A stretch of 64,000 nucleotides of DNA from Octopus vulgaris (taxonomy: Eukaryota): assembly GCA_951406725.2 (NCBI GenBank), contig OX597815.1, forward strand, positions 22,940,001 through 23,004,000, given 5' to 3'. The notes beneath the pieces are model-generated. The model made no database searches, had not been told where the DNA came from, and worked only from the letters and a program-made list of their open reading frames with translations. Below are positions 25,028 through 39,242 of the stretch, in pieces (the stretch's first letter is position 1; each line of letters opens with the position of its first letter). Both the position numbers and the translations under genes were made by a program.

Positions 25028-25185
25028 TCACCATTCTACATCCTCTTCTTCACCTTTTATGGCCACCTTCTTACCAACTAAAGTCCTGTATCTGAAGATG
25101 GTCATCAAAATTCACTTAATAGTCAAATTTTAGAAAGATATTAAATAATATATAGCTCATCCATTTCATAATGTAATTTGCTTGA

Positions 25186-25408
25186 CCCTTTTGTTACCAT
25201 ATTTCTGTTGAGATACTCTGTGTTTCTTTCAATTAATTTTAAATATAACAAAGAATTTAGTAAAATAATTTAGTTATCATTAAACTAGTGTTAGGAACAT
25301 AAATTGTGACTAAGGTTTGGTGGAAGGTTCTAATTCAGAACTTTTGAAAACAAGACATTTGTACTACAGAGCCAGAGGTGGTTTCAGGCAGGTTGGTATC
25401 AAAAGGGT
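25186..25408. mobile_element. piggyBac-like MITE D2 monomer (inverted)
   Basis: TTGA|CCCTTTTGTTACC...ATCAAAAGGG|TTAA; reverse complement of D2 units. Confidence 0.8.
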
Positions 25409-25608
25409 TAAAATCTCCATCAAGTCTCATGTTACAATCTTTAAAGAAAGGACATTATATAACGTAGTCCCACAAACCCCTAAAAACATGGTACAGTCCT
25501 GGTTGAAATGCTTTTGAACACAGATCTGCTTGATAAAGGTTAACCTAAGGCTGAAAAACAAGCACATAGTACATATTCCTCATCATACTGTCAGTTTAAA
25601 ATCAGTAA

Positions 25609-25657
<49 letters not shown>

Positions 25658-25875
25658 GTCGGACAGGAAGACAGACAGACAGACAAAGAGAAGCATACCA
25701 GAACAAAGGATTAATCAAAGTACCAGGTCAATGCACAGAGTAACCAGAACCAACTGAGATAAATTTAATGTTAAAGAGGAAAAAGTTACTTGGTCGTTGA
25801 TTCTAATCCTATTTTGTAGATGAACAGCAGACATTCAACCTTTAATAGATGTGTGTGTATATATATATATATCAA

Positions 25876-26075
25876 TCATCATCATCCTTTAACATCTGTT
25901 TTCTATGCTGGCATGGGTTGGACAGTTTGACCAGAGCTAGCAAGCTGGAGAGCTGCACCAGGTTCCAGTATGATTTGTCTTGATTTCTACAGTTGAATGC
26001 CCTTCCCAATGCCAACCACTTTAGAGTGCATGTTTATTATAACATGGCACAAGTGCTTTTACGTGTCACCAGCTC
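25876..26075 (-). mobile_element. Family B fragment
   Basis: (CAT)n, TGCTGGCATGGGTTGGAC, ATGCCCTTCCCAATGCCAACC. Confidence 0.7.
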
Positions 26076-26502
26076 CAGATCAACATTTATTGTCTAAACT
26101 TATGCTCAAAAGCATCCCACCATTTAAGGAGTATTTAAAAATACATTATCCAATGTGTCTTTATCTGTATCAAATAGTTGAGTTTGATTTAAGAGTAATT
26201 TGGATATTATTTTTAGCAGGTGAATAACTACATAGAAAATACCTTGATTAGAGCTAGGATGGAAAATTCAAAAGCGCTTTGGGTACTAGAATCAGTAGAG
26301 TAGCAGGTAAATTACCTTGTAGTATCTGATGACATTCAGAATTCATAACATGCCCAGGTTTACACTGCATTTCATCTTTCTGAGGTCACTTAAAAAAGGG
26401 TACCAATCAAGAAATAAAGTTGATACAATCAACCACCCCTTGAAGGCAGTGCTCCAGCTTGACTACAATCCAATGGTTGAAACCAGTGTGCATATATATA
26501 TT

Positions 26503-26876
26503 GTAGCTGTGTGGTAAGAAGGTTGCTTCCCAACCACATGGTTCTGAGTTCAGTCCCAATGCATGGCACCTTGGTCAAGTGTCTTCTACTATAGCCTTGG
26601 GCAAATCAAAGCCTTGTGAGTGGATTTCGTAGGCAAAAACCGAAAGAAGCCCATCATATATATCTATGTGTGAATGTCTTTGTGTCTGTGTTTGCACCCC
26701 CGTCACTGCTTGACAACTGGTGTTGGTGTGTTTGCATCCCCATAATTTAGCAGTTTAACAAAAGAGACTAACAGAATAAGTACTAGGCTTAAAAATAAGC
26801 CCTGGGGTCAATTTTGACTAAAACCCTACAAAGCAGTGCTCCAGCATGGCCGCAGTCAACTGACTGAAACAAGTAA
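26503..26876 (+). mobile_element. SINE family A (older copy)
   Basis: Head-to-tail match with other copies. Confidence 0.85.
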
Positions 26877-27273
26877 TATAAACGAGTATATATAATCATC
26901 ATATGTCTATTTTTCTGGTGAAGTGCATAGTTCATATAGCATAGATACATCTGAGTACATTTCACATATTTAGGACAAGTGAAACTGGCAGGACAAATTC
27001 CTCTCTAAGCACAAGCACACACTCACATAATATATTTAGAAATAGAGATGGAAAAGAGAGAAAAACTTTCTCCAATCACACATTAAATTGAAACAAAGCC
27101 TCAGTATCAAGATGCATTGCAAAATGCAGCAATACAGTCTTTCATCCAAACCCATTAAAGCAGAAACAAACTGAAAGGTACTTAGTTTCACTTGCACAAG
27201 CATTAAATTAGACATTGGAAAGTTGAGCCCCACAAATGAGAAAAGATTTTTATTAGATCAGATATTGGGAGAT

Positions 27274-27445
27274 TCATCATCATCATCATTTAATGTCTGT
27301 TTTCCATGCTAGCATGGGTTGGACGGTTCAACCGGGGTCTGGTAAGCCATGGAGGCTGCACCAAGTTCTAGTCTGATTTGGCAGTGTTTCTACAGCTGGA
27401 TGCCCTTCCTAATGCCAACCACTCCGTGAGTGTAGTGGGTGTTTT
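27274..27445 (-). mobile_element. Family B 3' fragment
   Basis: (CAT)n plus CCATGCTAGCATGGGTTGGAC...GGATGCCCTTCCTAATGCCAACC. Confidence 0.8.
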
Positions 27446-28690
27446 TTGAGGAAACCGAGTTGAAATGCACACCTATACAACTTACACACGCCTACAATAA
27501 CAGGCTTAATATATAATTAACAAAGCTTGGTCTAACACCTCATTATTTTTTTTTTAATTTATTCATTTATAAACACTTCCAGTCCATGCCATAAATATTT
27601 TTTTAAACCCAAAGAATATTAAAATATTCATATGAGCAAACTACCAGACAGGGTGCAGGTTCATATATGTCATATCCCTTTGAGTGAAGATAAAATAAGA
27701 TGGCTAATCACTATTTAAAACCACTGCTGTTCCTGAAAGCTTTCAATCAATTAATTTCCTAATCATTTTGTTATTTGTTTACAAGCATTATGGAATTGAA
27801 AAGATTAGCTTTGTTTTTCTGATGCTTTCATTCTCTATTTTCCATATTTCAATGAGACATGGTTTACAGATTGATTCAGGATATCAGCACAAAATTCACC
27901 CCATTTTTATTCAGATTTCAACTTGATAAAAGGAAATTCATTTCCTCTCCCAAAACCACTCCACAAATTTTAATAAATTCTTAGTCAGTAATAAATATAA
28001 ACAAGGGGGAAGTAGGTTGTCCATGTTAAGTCCAGTTGCATTTAATTTAATGTTAAGGTATTATTTTCAGAAAGATCAAACGAATACACACACACACATT
28101 TAATAGCATATGCACATAAATTCAGACATACACACATAGCTGTGCATATGCACACACATGCCACACACACACAAAAATTTCTGGGGTTGGAAGAGGTTTC
28201 ACTTTATTAGCCAATAATGTATGTAAATATCAAATAAATGTATTTAATATTGGTTTGAAAAACTATTTGCTGGAAATATTTTAATATAATTTTTATTACA
28301 GAAAAGAAGGCAATAACAATAATTAAAGTATTTCAGATATTTCTTTTATCGTACTTTTTCAGGTATTTTTAAGAAAAATATTTTCTGCACCTTTTTTTTT
28401 GTTTAATACAAAAGCACTACAGATATTCTAAATTATAGCAGCATTATCATCCTCCTCAAAATTAGCATCTAATTTTGCTTTATGAGAGGTTATTCTGAAA
28501 AGGTTACCAAGAATTAATAACTTCAAAGTTTGTAAGACAAGAATAATTCCTCACTGTTCAAGAAACACTGACCTTCAAGATGAGCATTTACAAACCAAAA
28601 TTAACCTTAATGCTCTCTTCTTTTTTCCCCTTTTTCAATATGGATAATATCTGCATTTCTTAATGTTCATATTGACAGGGAAAATTACCA

Positions 28691-29102
28691 GGCGCAGGAG
28701 TGGCTGTGTGGTAAGTAGCTTGTTTACCAGCCACATGGTTCTGGGTTCAGTCCCACTGTGTGGCACCTTGGGCAAGTGTCTTCTACTATAGCCTCGGGCC
28801 GATCAAAGCCTTGTGAGTGGATTTGGTAGACGGAAACTGAAAGAAGCCTGTCATATATATGTATATATATGTATATGTGTGTGTGCGTGTATGTTTGTGT
28901 TTGTCCCCCTAGCATTGCTTGACAACCGATGCTGGTGTGTTTATGTCCCCGTCACTTAGCAGTTCGGCAAAAGAGACCAATAGAATAAGTACTGGGCTTA
29001 CAAAGAATAAGTCCTGGGGTCAAGTTGCTCGATTAAAGGCGGTGCTCCAGCATGGCTGCAGTCAAATGACTGAAACAAGTAAAAGAGTAAAAGAGTAAAG
29101 AG
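28691..29102 (+). mobile_element. SINE family A, full length
   Basis: Head to (GTAAAAGA)n tail. Confidence 0.9.
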
Positions 29103-29140
29103 ATATGAAATAGCAGGAGAAATAGGCAAATAAAGCTTAC

Positions 29141-29201
29141 CCTATTGTTTACAGAACTTCTATGGGAATGTTTTCTTTCAGACATCAGCTACACAGTTAA
29201 T
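29141..29201 (-). other. Candidate 61-nt exon (5' UTR or start-codon exon)
   Basis: Strong acceptor cctttctttttttcag| and donor AGG|gtaagc; all three frames contain a stop, but the ATG at 29185 reads MSERKHSHRSSVNNR to the donor. Confidence 0.5.
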
Positions 29202-29405
29202 CTGAAAAAAAGAAAGGATTATTTATACTCAATAAATTGAAAGATGAAATACTAAAAATAAAATTTCAGCAACTCATAAGATAGATGCATTAAATTTTGA
29301 TCTATAATAACAATCATAAACCTACACTTCAAGAGAATTACATTCAACAAATATAGTTATAGTTAACATTGAAAGCTATATTACACAAGCAGTACATGTC
29401 TAATA

Positions 29406-29460
29406 GGAAATATTCTGCAGGAAGAAATATTCTGCAGGAAGAAATCTTCTGCAGGAAGAA
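29406..29460. repeat. 17-bp tandem repeat x3
   Basis: GAAATATTCTGCAGGAA repeated three times. Confidence 0.85.
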
Positions 29461-30042
29461 TATTAGTTAAGTGTGGGATAACATACTTAATGTTGTGAGC
29501 CAAAAAGAACTTTTAATTTATAATAAGAAATGCACATCAACTACACTCAGGCAAGTTACATTCACTCTCTCCATTGATTTATAAAAATCCTTGTTTTACA
29601 ATTCAAATTGACGCTACACATTATAAGCATGATTTGAGAAAGAGAAGCAGGTCTCAGATCACATATTTATTATTCACAAAATGATTGTATTTGCACTACA
29701 GCATCACTGCCATTCCCTCTTCTCAAATTAGATACCATATAAATCTCGCATTTTTTTTTCTGTTATTTTAACAGTATTATTTTATCTCTCCTACATAATT
29801 TATCATTCACTTGGTATTAGCAAGATATGCTATTTCTATTAATATGTAGTATGATAAGGTGTCCTGTTTCAGTTTGGTGATTTCTACATACAAGAAGCAA
29901 CCTTTTAATTAGGTTAAAAATTAACTGTTAAAATTTTAATGCAAATAACATTAAACAGTGTGCAGGAGGGGGGTGGGGTAAGCCATGCCAGTAGACCTGT
30001 TGCTCTTTTCTTTTCCATGAAATCAATTTTCATATTGTGTAA

Positions 30043-30439
30043 TCTTTATATATAAAAGTGAAGTTGTGTGTCTGTCTCCTACAATTTAGATTCCTAATTA
30101 CTCCCACATTTTGCGGTGCAGTGTAACCAAAAGTGGGTATCTTATAGTCGTGATTTATATCGAGCCCTTCTGGGTATTAGCGCACGTCTACGATGAGTCT
30201 ACGATTTTTAAAAAAATTTACCATCATTTTTTCCATTTTAATGCATTTTTTCGCTATTATATAAGGGAAGTAACTCTCTAAAAATGTCTACGATGAGTCA
30301 ACGATTTATAAAAAAATTTACCATCATTTTTTTTCCATTTTTAATGCATTTTTTTGCTATTTTTTAGCTATAACTCTCTAAAAATGCTTATATAGTTATT
30401 TCCCTTACAAACCCGAGCAACGCCGGGCGATACTGCTAG
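30043..30439 (+). mobile_element. Helitron H1
   Basis: a|TC...CCCGAGCAACGCCGGGCGATACTGCTAG|t. Confidence 0.85.
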
Positions 30440-31299
30440 TATTCTATATATTTAATTTGTATTTATTTTAATCCAACTTACTCTATTACGTAATTTTTAT
30501 TTTTTGTCTAATGTTTTAAATAGAGAAGCAATCAGATGAAAGAGAATCTGAATCTGAAATAGTTAAGATGCCACTCATCAATTATTAGAGATGGGTCCAA
30601 ACCTTTTGATATAAAAGAGGGACCAAGGAGGTGCAACAATACTTATAACAGGTAAATATCCAACTACTGGCTTTCTTAAATCATAAATTGGTGAAAACAA
30701 AATTGAGAAAAATAATATACGCATCCTTATTACCATAGTCATGTTATTATACATGCCAATGCCTTATCAGAAAGTAAACAGATTATCACAAAGCTGTCAC
30801 TCGCAGGAAAGTATATGTGGTACCATGTACCATCTCTACCACACCACCATTCAATGTCTGTTTTCCTACTGGCATAAGATGGATGATTTAAATGGAACTA
30901 GTGAGCCAGAGGATGCTCTCCTTAATGCCAACCACTTTACAGAGTGTACTGAGTGCTTTTTATGTGGCACCAGCATCAGTGAGGTCACTCAGTAATTCAC
31001 CAGATAAGACCTCCTCATCTGGTGGTTGGGTATAATATTAAAGGAGATGATGGGAGGTTAGAGTACAAATAGAAGGACAGGAAAAAGTGTCTTGCTGTAG
31101 AGGAGAAACGTGTTTACATGGTATCATGTTTTTGCTAATTGTTTAAAGTCCTATATAGTTATGAGCAGACAAGGACATCTTTTCAGCCCTCCCACATTTC
31201 ACCAGCACTGAGCTGGTATTCACTTTCACCTGCAGCAACATGAAGAGCCCTGTTCAAAGACATAACAGGCCATCCAAGCCAAGCATCAATTTATGTAGT

Positions 31300-31786
31300 G
31301 TACCAGCATCGCCTTACTTACCAGCGTTGCCTTACTAGCAAATTCGATGACTGGCATCTATGCTAGTGGAGCACTAAGAGCACCATCCGAGTGTGATTGT
31401 TACCAGCGTAAAAAGCATCATTCGAGTGTGATCGTTACCAGCATCGCCTTACTGGCACTTGTGCTGGTGGCATGGGAAAAAAACATTGAAGCGAGGTCGT
31501 TGCCAGCACCGCTGGACTGGCTCCTGTGCAGGTGGCACATAAAAAACACCATTTCGAGCATGGCCATTGCCAGTACCGCCAGACTGGCCCTCATGCCAGT
31601 GGCATGTAAAAGCACCCACTACACTCTCAGAGTAGTTGGTGTTAGGAAGGGCATCCAGCTGTAGAAACTCTGCCAGAGCAGATTGGAGCCTGGCGCAGCC
31701 ATCTGGTTCACCAGCCCTCAGTCAAAATCGTCCAACCAATGCTAGCATGGAAAGCGGACGTTAAAGGATAATGAAGGATGAGGATG
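31300..31786 (+). mobile_element. Family B retroposon
   Basis: Multiple internal modules plus shared 3' domain and degenerate GAT tail. Confidence 0.8.
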
Positions 31787-32399
31787 TCAAATCACAGTTA
31801 ACGAACTTGATCTCAAATGAGATTTAGCTGCAATTCCTAGTAGGTCAAGCAACCATAGAGAGACTCTTTCATTAGCTTGTCTAACATCTGTATATTGAAG
31901 TGTTTGTCCACATAGTAAATTGACGAAGCATATTGGCAGTAGATGTGTATTTAGGTAAAGGATATGAATTGGATATTACAACCACACCCTGTAGGTTACT
32001 ATGACAATTACAGTTGTCTTTTAATATCAATTGTGATTTATTTCAGACACATACACACGCACGCACGCACACACACGTGTGTGTATGTGTGTGTATGTGT
32101 TTGCTGTATCATGTTATCTGAATGTATTGGGAGAAGACAGGACCAATGTAGAGAGATTAAATGAAAAAATTAAACAAATAATAGAAAGAGGGAGAGAGAC
32201 TCAATTGAAAATAGAGACAGACATTTGGTGGGAGAGAAATAGTGAGATATTTGAAGACAGAGAGAGAAAAAAACAGAGATATACCAATAAATAAAAATAA
32301 AATTAAAAAAATTAAATGATGGCTAATTGTGGATTGTATGCTGTATATTTGAGAAGAGGATATAGAGTTACAAAGAAATAGAGAGACAGAGAGGGGGGG

Positions 32400-32545
32400 A
32401 GGTGGGAGGAAAGAAAGAAAGAGAGAGAAAGAAAGATAGAGAAAGAAAGAGAGAGAGAAAGAAAGAAAGAGAGAAAGAAAGAGAGAAAGAAAGAGAGAGA
32501 GAAAGAGAGAAAGAAAGAGAGAGAGAAAGAAAGAAAGAGAGAGAT

Positions 32546-32576
<31 letters not shown>

Positions 32577-32593
32577 AAGAAAGAAAGAAAGAG

Positions 32594-32660
<67 letters not shown>

Positions 32661-32680
32661 AAGAAAGAAAGAAAGAAAGA
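32400..32680. repeat. (GAAA)n/(GA)n microsatellite
   Basis: Directly visible. Confidence 0.95.
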
Positions 32681-34230
32681 GCTGGCATAAGGATCAAGCA
32701 AAGGTAGAGAGACCAATCATTGATGCCTAGGAAGGAATCAATAGGTAAATAGAAAGTGAGAAAGAGAAAAAAAAAGAATGAAAGGAAGTAAAACACACAC
32801 GAACACACAAACACACAGATGGTGTAGAGACTTCCCACTACCACCACCACCACCACTTATACCCACTATCCAATCCTGTAGGGTGGAATCAATAAATGTG
32901 TAGAACCAAAGTCCACAGCCAGCTGAACACAAAACCAGAGCTTGGTTCAATAACTAAACTAAATATTCCAACTATCTTAGAAAATACTAATAACAATTAA
33001 TAAAAAATCTCAACGAAAATATGTTTCTAACAATGTTTAATGAGATTAATAAAAGATATTTAAGTGTAGGGGTAGTGGAAGATGATATCATCAATAATTA
33101 GGCAGCGCCATTGTTTTTGCTTGTTTTTTGAGTTTTTCTTTTTTTTTTTTTTTTTGCCATCTGTAATATAAGTCTATGTGTCCAGTGGACAGAGAAACAA
33201 GATATTTATACCTAATTTGATTGATTCTAAATATGCTCTTTTCCTTTCACTATTCTACATACTTACACATTGTTTGAATTGTGGATACATGGAGAAAAAG
33301 CTTTTGGGTCTTTACTCATTTATTAATGTAAATAAATAAAAACTATGATGATTTAGACAGAAGTTACTAATTTAAATAAAGACAAGAGCAACAAAAATAT
33401 TTTAGATGCTTTATAGCCTGTTCAGTATGTCAAAGTTTCAGAGTTAAAACCATTCTTAGGTCAATTTAACATTCATCCATCCAAGGCCAATTTTCAAAGG
33501 TCTTGCAGCAAAGAAATTAGTTATACTCATCATTAAAGCAGCTTCATCTGCCCAGTAATATAGAGTTTTATAATACAGCTAGAGTAAAAACTGTGCATAT
33601 CCCAATTATGGAATTGGTCTGGTCCTGTTTTAGAATAGGTATATTAGAATAGTAGCATATATATGTATCTTGTAAGAGTCAACAGGAAGAGCACCTGGCC
33701 ATAAAGCAACACCTTAAAATAGGAACTATTACTATTAAGAAAATAGTTATGGAGTCTGCGAGACTAACTCTCACCTTTGTCAGGAAAAAAATGACCTTAA
33801 AATATATTCAGCTACAGTAAGCAAAAAATATAGACAGTAAATTATACCAATTTTCTAAAACAACATTCCATGTGAAACCAAGCAATATAAAGTGAGTATA
33901 TCTTTATGATAAGCAAAAACAGAAGCTATCAGAAAGCTCCAATAGCAGTAGAGTTCTTACCATAATCATTAATTTGGTTAAAATTTTGAACAAGAAAATT
34001 GCTGACCAAGCAAATAATAAGAGAATTAATGTATCTATATAAAAGTCAAAATTGTATTAAACGTAAACAAAACAAAATGGATTGAAAAAAAGGATAAAAT
34101 AAAAACAAATATACTTCAGTATAAATTTAGATAATATGAAATGATTAAACAATTCTCAAATAAATTCTAAAAGTCATTATAGTAAAGATGAAAACCCAGT
34201 TGGTAGCAGAGAATAGAACATTCTAGTACC

Positions 34231-34450
34231 TATTTCTTTACTACCCACAAGGGGCTAAACACAGAGAGGACAAACGGATTAAGTCGATTACATTGACACC
34301 AGTGCATAACTGGTACTTAATTTATCAACCCCAAAAGGATGAAAGGCAAAGTCGACCTCGGTGGAATTTGAACTCAGAACGTAACAGCAGATGAAATACA
34401 GCTATGCATTTCGCCCGGCGTGCTAATGTTTCTGCCAGCTCACTGCCTTA
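34231..34450 (-). mobile_element. SINE family C with TSD
   Basis: Same body as 9197-9420; 14-bp direct repeat AACATTCTAGTACC at 34217-34230 and 34451-34464. Confidence 0.85.
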
Positions 34451-35048
34451 AACATTCTAGTACCATATGATAGTGAGTGTAGTGACAGAAAGGGTAACAA
34501 CTTGATACTGTATACTTATTGCAAACGATGATTGAGCAAAGGGTGCAGTGAAATCTCTGGTACAATAACAGAAAAGTGGAACTTCAGATGTGGTAGATAC
34601 ACAGTAGTTGCTAGTAGTGGGGGTATTAATGAAAAACAGTCCATGCACAACTTAGTAGTCTTTGATAGTTTCTGTTATTGAATTACAGTAGAAAAGATTA
34701 GAATAAATTAAGATAGCTATATACATCTTTTGACAACAAATGGTTTCTCTCTTCTTATGATGGTACATAATGGTACAAAATTGGCATTCAGTAGAGAAAT
34801 CTTTTAGAGAGTAATGGAAAATTAAATATGCATGACCAATTAGATGTGTAATGATAATCTTCAAGACAGGTAAAGTGGTTAGATGATGGAGCAGTTGGGT
34901 ATTAAAGGAATCAGCCAAAGTATGCAGTATTGTGATGGTATGGACATTAAATGCAAATGGTCACAAGTGCTAAGTTGAGTGCTTAAAGAAGAAAAATATG
35001 GAATAAAGTGGTATGGTCAGGTCTCAAGATATTGGGTTTTATAGAAGA

Positions 35049-35412
35049 CTAGCACTATGACCCGGCAATGTCAGGTCATAGTGCTAGTGCATGCATATAC
35101 AGCTGCGTGCGTGCACACATACATACGAGTACTGTCCAAATTTCTGACCAATCACATACAGCTAGCTGGCATTCAATTGGCGTATCAAGTTTCGGGCATT
35201 TTGATTGGGTTTTGGATAGAAAATTCACAAAAAAGTCACTTCTATTGATTTTTTAATGGCTTTGCAGGGTGACTGGGAAAATGTAAAGATGTGCACAACC
35301 ACCCTTGGACGGTTTTGAATGACCATAGAAAGTGCGAGTCCTCTAACTGAAAAATTGTGGATTTGTATAAAGGACACACACACAGACATTTTGCCGTTTA
35401 TATATAGAGAGA
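35049..35412 (-). mobile_element. Helitron H2
   Basis: Reverse complement of 11809-12177 with TC/CTAG ends at an AT site. Confidence 0.8.
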
Positions 35413-35815
35413 TATAATGAAAGACCAAGACAATTGACAATATGTTGCATAGCAGATCTGTTTAACCTATACCCATATAGAAAAAGTATAAAATGTTAGT
35501 GATAATAATTACAATATAAGCTGTGGGGTTAAAAAGTTCATTTCACAACCACATGATTCTAGGTTTGATCCTACACCATAGCACCTTGGACAGGAGTCTT
35601 ATATCATAGCATCAACTCAATTTGGTCCCTGGCAAATTTAGTAGACAGAAACTGTGCAGAAGCCCAACAATTGTGTGTCTTTCACTCATGTATAATGGAC
35701 AAGAATGCAAATAATGGTGAGCAAACAAAAATCAAAAAAAGAGAGAAAAAAACATTGCCCTTTGAGTTATATTTATTCTGTGGCAAGTTAAAGACATTAT
35801 CTTTTTCATTCTCAC

Positions 35816-35889
35816 CATCAGAAATTTGCTGAATCAGAGATTGAACCATTGGAAACCTGCAACCAATTGCCATGGTTGTTCACCAAATC
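35816..35889 (-). other. Candidate 74-nt exon
   Basis: Acceptor tttttctctattag|, donor ATG|gtgaga; contains acaaccATGG reading MAIGCRFPMVQSLIQQISD. Confidence 0.4.
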
Positions 35890-36539
35890 CTAATAGAGAA
35901 AAAATTAATCTAAATAAAAAATATCAATCAGAACAAAGAGGGTAAGTCATAAAAAATACATAAATGGAAGAAATAAGATAATCTTAACAAGCCCATAACA
36001 TTAGCAAGAGAACTTAACTTTTACTGGCTTAGAGTTTGAAAACATTAATATAGGCAAAATATAAGTGTATCATTGTGAAAGAAAGAAAAAATATATATTT
36101 AGTAACATCAATAGTGAAATTGCATAATCACATATTTGGAGAAAAGAAAGACAAAAACAAACAATAAGAAACGCTAACTTATAATTCTTTATTATTCAGG
36201 CAAAAAAAAAAATGTATTATTTGCTTCCATTGACAAAATGTGGCCCACCAAACAATGCCTTGGCATGACACCCTTTGCATGCATGCATACACTTGTTAAT
36301 TATTTAAAATCATTCATTCATTCATTCATTCAAGTCTTAAATGTGCTAAAAGCAAATTCAGCATATTTAATGGCTCACTTGTCATAAAGATAACATTTAG
36401 ATGCATAGAATACAAGGCCATGATATGTGGAATGAAAAGAGAAAGAGGGAAGCACGCAATGGGGGAGGGAGTGGGACAGAAAGAGAAGAATGTATATGAG
36501 AAAGAAAGAGAGAGAGAGATGCAGAAAATATATAAAATT

Positions 36540-36980
36540 TAACCTGGGATATCAAAGAAATTGTAATAAGATGGGATCCTTATAGATTAAAGCAGGATGG
36601 AAATCAATAGGAATAAAAAGGCAGGATATAGTCAGAAAGTGTAAGAGAATAGGATGCTGGATGTAGTCATAAAGAGAAAGATAACAGGGTACAGTCAGAG
36701 GGAATAAGAAGGTAGAATGCAGTCAGAGAGCAACAGAGGGCACAATGTAATCAGAGGGAGAAAGAGGGTAGGATGCAATCAAAGGGAGAAAAGAAAGCAA
36801 AATGCAATCAGGAGGAGAAATGGGCAAAATGCAGTCGGAAGAAAGAGGACAGGATGCAATCAGGGAAAGAAAGAGGGCATGATACAACCAAGGGATATAA
36901 AGAGGGTAGAGTAGGTAGTCTGAAAAAATGGGTAGATAGCAATAACAAAGAGTTAGCAGGCAAGATATCAATCAGAGAGT
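36540..36980. repeat. Degenerate ~27-bp purine-rich minisatellite
   Basis: Recurring ATGCA(A/G)TCAG..GAGAAAGAGGG(C/T)A units. Confidence 0.6.
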
Positions 36981-37763
36981 AAAAGGGCGAAATAGCAATC
37001 ACAGGCAGGGTTTCTGCCATCAGAAATCATCGTAACCACTACACCCAATCTTTCCTTCTTGGACGGTCACTCTCCTATGGAATCCCACCCCTGCTCACCA
37101 TATTTCTCTAGCAGTCAATCAACTTGATATTTCCAATGAACATCAACTTCATTGATCTCATCAATTTTAGAGAGAGCTTAGAGGTCATGCACGTGACCTT
37201 TTTCTTCAGATTAAACCATCAATAAATAAACCATTAAAAATTAACAGCAAACTATAAAGTGAATACCTTTCTTATTTTACAATGATACGGTTGTGACCAT
37301 TTTGATAATTGGTGACAGTGATGAGGCATCGAGTAATTGAACACTTACACTGATAAATCATGCAAACATGTTATAAATTATGCAGAATTATCTAATCAAC
37401 ACAAACAGCAATGGTAGGAAATGACATTGAAAAAAAAAAGACACCAATGATGACTATGTAGCAAGACAAGTCTAATTGCTATAATAGAAACTAAATAGTT
37501 TGTATTAGCCTTAACTGTAGACCAATATGATAATGATGTCTTTCACAACAGTTAGTTGGCAGTAATGTCTTGAGAAAGACTGAATCCAATCATTCTCATT
37601 AAAGCACTCCCATTAAACAGTTCACAGCCATCTAAAGAAACTGGAAAAGTCAAACTTTGGAAGCCTATAGCAGAATGTCAGAAATCAGTTCCTTCTAAGT
37701 TTTCGGAATTGGTATTCTATAAAAGCTGTTACAGTGAAAATTAATCAGTAAAGTGGTCAGCCA

Positions 37764-38178
37764 TCTTTTACTTTTACTTGTTTCAGTCATTTGACTGTGG
37801 CCATGCTGGAGCACCGCCTTTAGTCAAACAAATCAACCCCAGGTCTTATTCTTTGTAAGCCTAGTACTTATTCCATCGGTTTCTTTTGCCGAACCGCTGA
37901 GTTACGGGGACATAAACACACCAGTATCGGTTGTCAAATGATGTTGGGGGGACAAACACAGACACACAAGCATATACACACACAGATACACATACATATA
38001 TATATATACATACATGACAGGCTTCTTTCAGTTTCCATCTACCAAATCCACTCAGAAGGCTTTGGCCAGCCCGAGGCTATAATAGAAGACATTTACCCAA
38101 GGTGCCATGCAGTGGGACTCGACCCGGAACCATGTGGTTCGTAAGCAAGTTACTTACCACACAGCCACTCATACGCCT
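37764..38178 (-). mobile_element. SINE family A
   Basis: Head-to-tail match with other copies. Confidence 0.9.
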
Positions 38179-38289
38179 ATAATTCTACTTATGGAATTCA
38201 CATTTCTCGGTTCAAATATGGGTGGTTTTAAATTTGTCTTCAACCCCTCATGAATCAGGAAGTGGGAAAATTAATAAATATGAGTAACA

Positions 38290-38960
38290 ATATATAGTGC
38301 CATGGTATGCAGAGACACTGCAAACTGATCAGTGAGTAATAGGATGGCCTGTTTGTTGTGTTGAAGTGGATAGCGCCAGGCTGGTTAGGCATAAGTTGTA
38401 AAATGCTTCAAATGTGCTCCCAAAAGCAATTACTGTTCCTCCAATATAAAGAGCACTGCAAAATTAGGTTGGAAAATATGCAACAGAAATTCTTGGTAAT
38501 GTGAAACTGTGACTGAGGCACAGCAATGATTGTTCTGTTGCTAATGAGGTGACGAGTGCTGTATTGTTAGTGTTGCGCCTGGTTGCATAGGGTTGGGTTC
38601 AATTTAGCTTCTTACTAGGACGTTGCAGTTAAGATTGCAGTAGGATTTGGAAGTTGTGGATTATTTTGTTTTTCAATGGAAAAATGGACAGGCAGAAGAT
38701 GAGAGAGAGTGGAATCTAGTCTGTAGGTGACCATACAGAGGATAGGAGAGCAGTGGTGCAATTGATGGCCTACGCCCAGTAGAGTGCAGGTCCACAACTA
38801 ATCCAAAGTATCCTCAATTCCAGAGAAAAGGTCACATTCTCTTACATTGGGATTTGAAATCTGAATCAATGCTACAGAATTGGCAAAGGAATTAAGAGAA
38901 TGATAAGGCAGATTTAGAGTGTTTGGGGTGAGAAAAAGAGTAGTGGAGAAAGAAGTGAGA
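38290..38960 (-). mobile_element. Possible heavily decayed LINE remnant
   Basis: Raised GC and complexity with broken frames; only a vague resemblance to LINE endonuclease regions. Confidence 0.25.
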
Positions 38961-38987
38961 GTCAGTAGGCTTGTAGAGAAGGGGGGG

Positions 38988-39202
38988 GTGGCACGTAAAA
39001 AGCACCATCCGTTCGTGGCCGTTTGCCAGACTTGTCTGGCACGTAAAAAACACCCACTACACTCATGGAGTGGTTGGCGTTAGGAAGGGCATCCAGCCGT
39101 AGAAACATTGCCAGATCAAACTGGGCCTGGTGCAGCCTTCTGGCTTCCAAGACCCCAGTTGAACCGTCCAACCCATGCTAGCATGGAAAGCAGACGCTAA
39201 AC

Positions 39203-39239
<37 letters not shown>
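38988..39239 (+). mobile_element. Family B retroposon
   Basis: Two modules, 3' domain, long (GAT)n tail. Confidence 0.85.

Positions 39240-39242
<3 letters not shown>

Noticed and set aside
32312-32856. Ser/Leu/Phe-rich or Lys/Glu/Arg-rich ORFs (also 8302-8734)
   Set aside because: GA/GAAA microsatellite artefacts.
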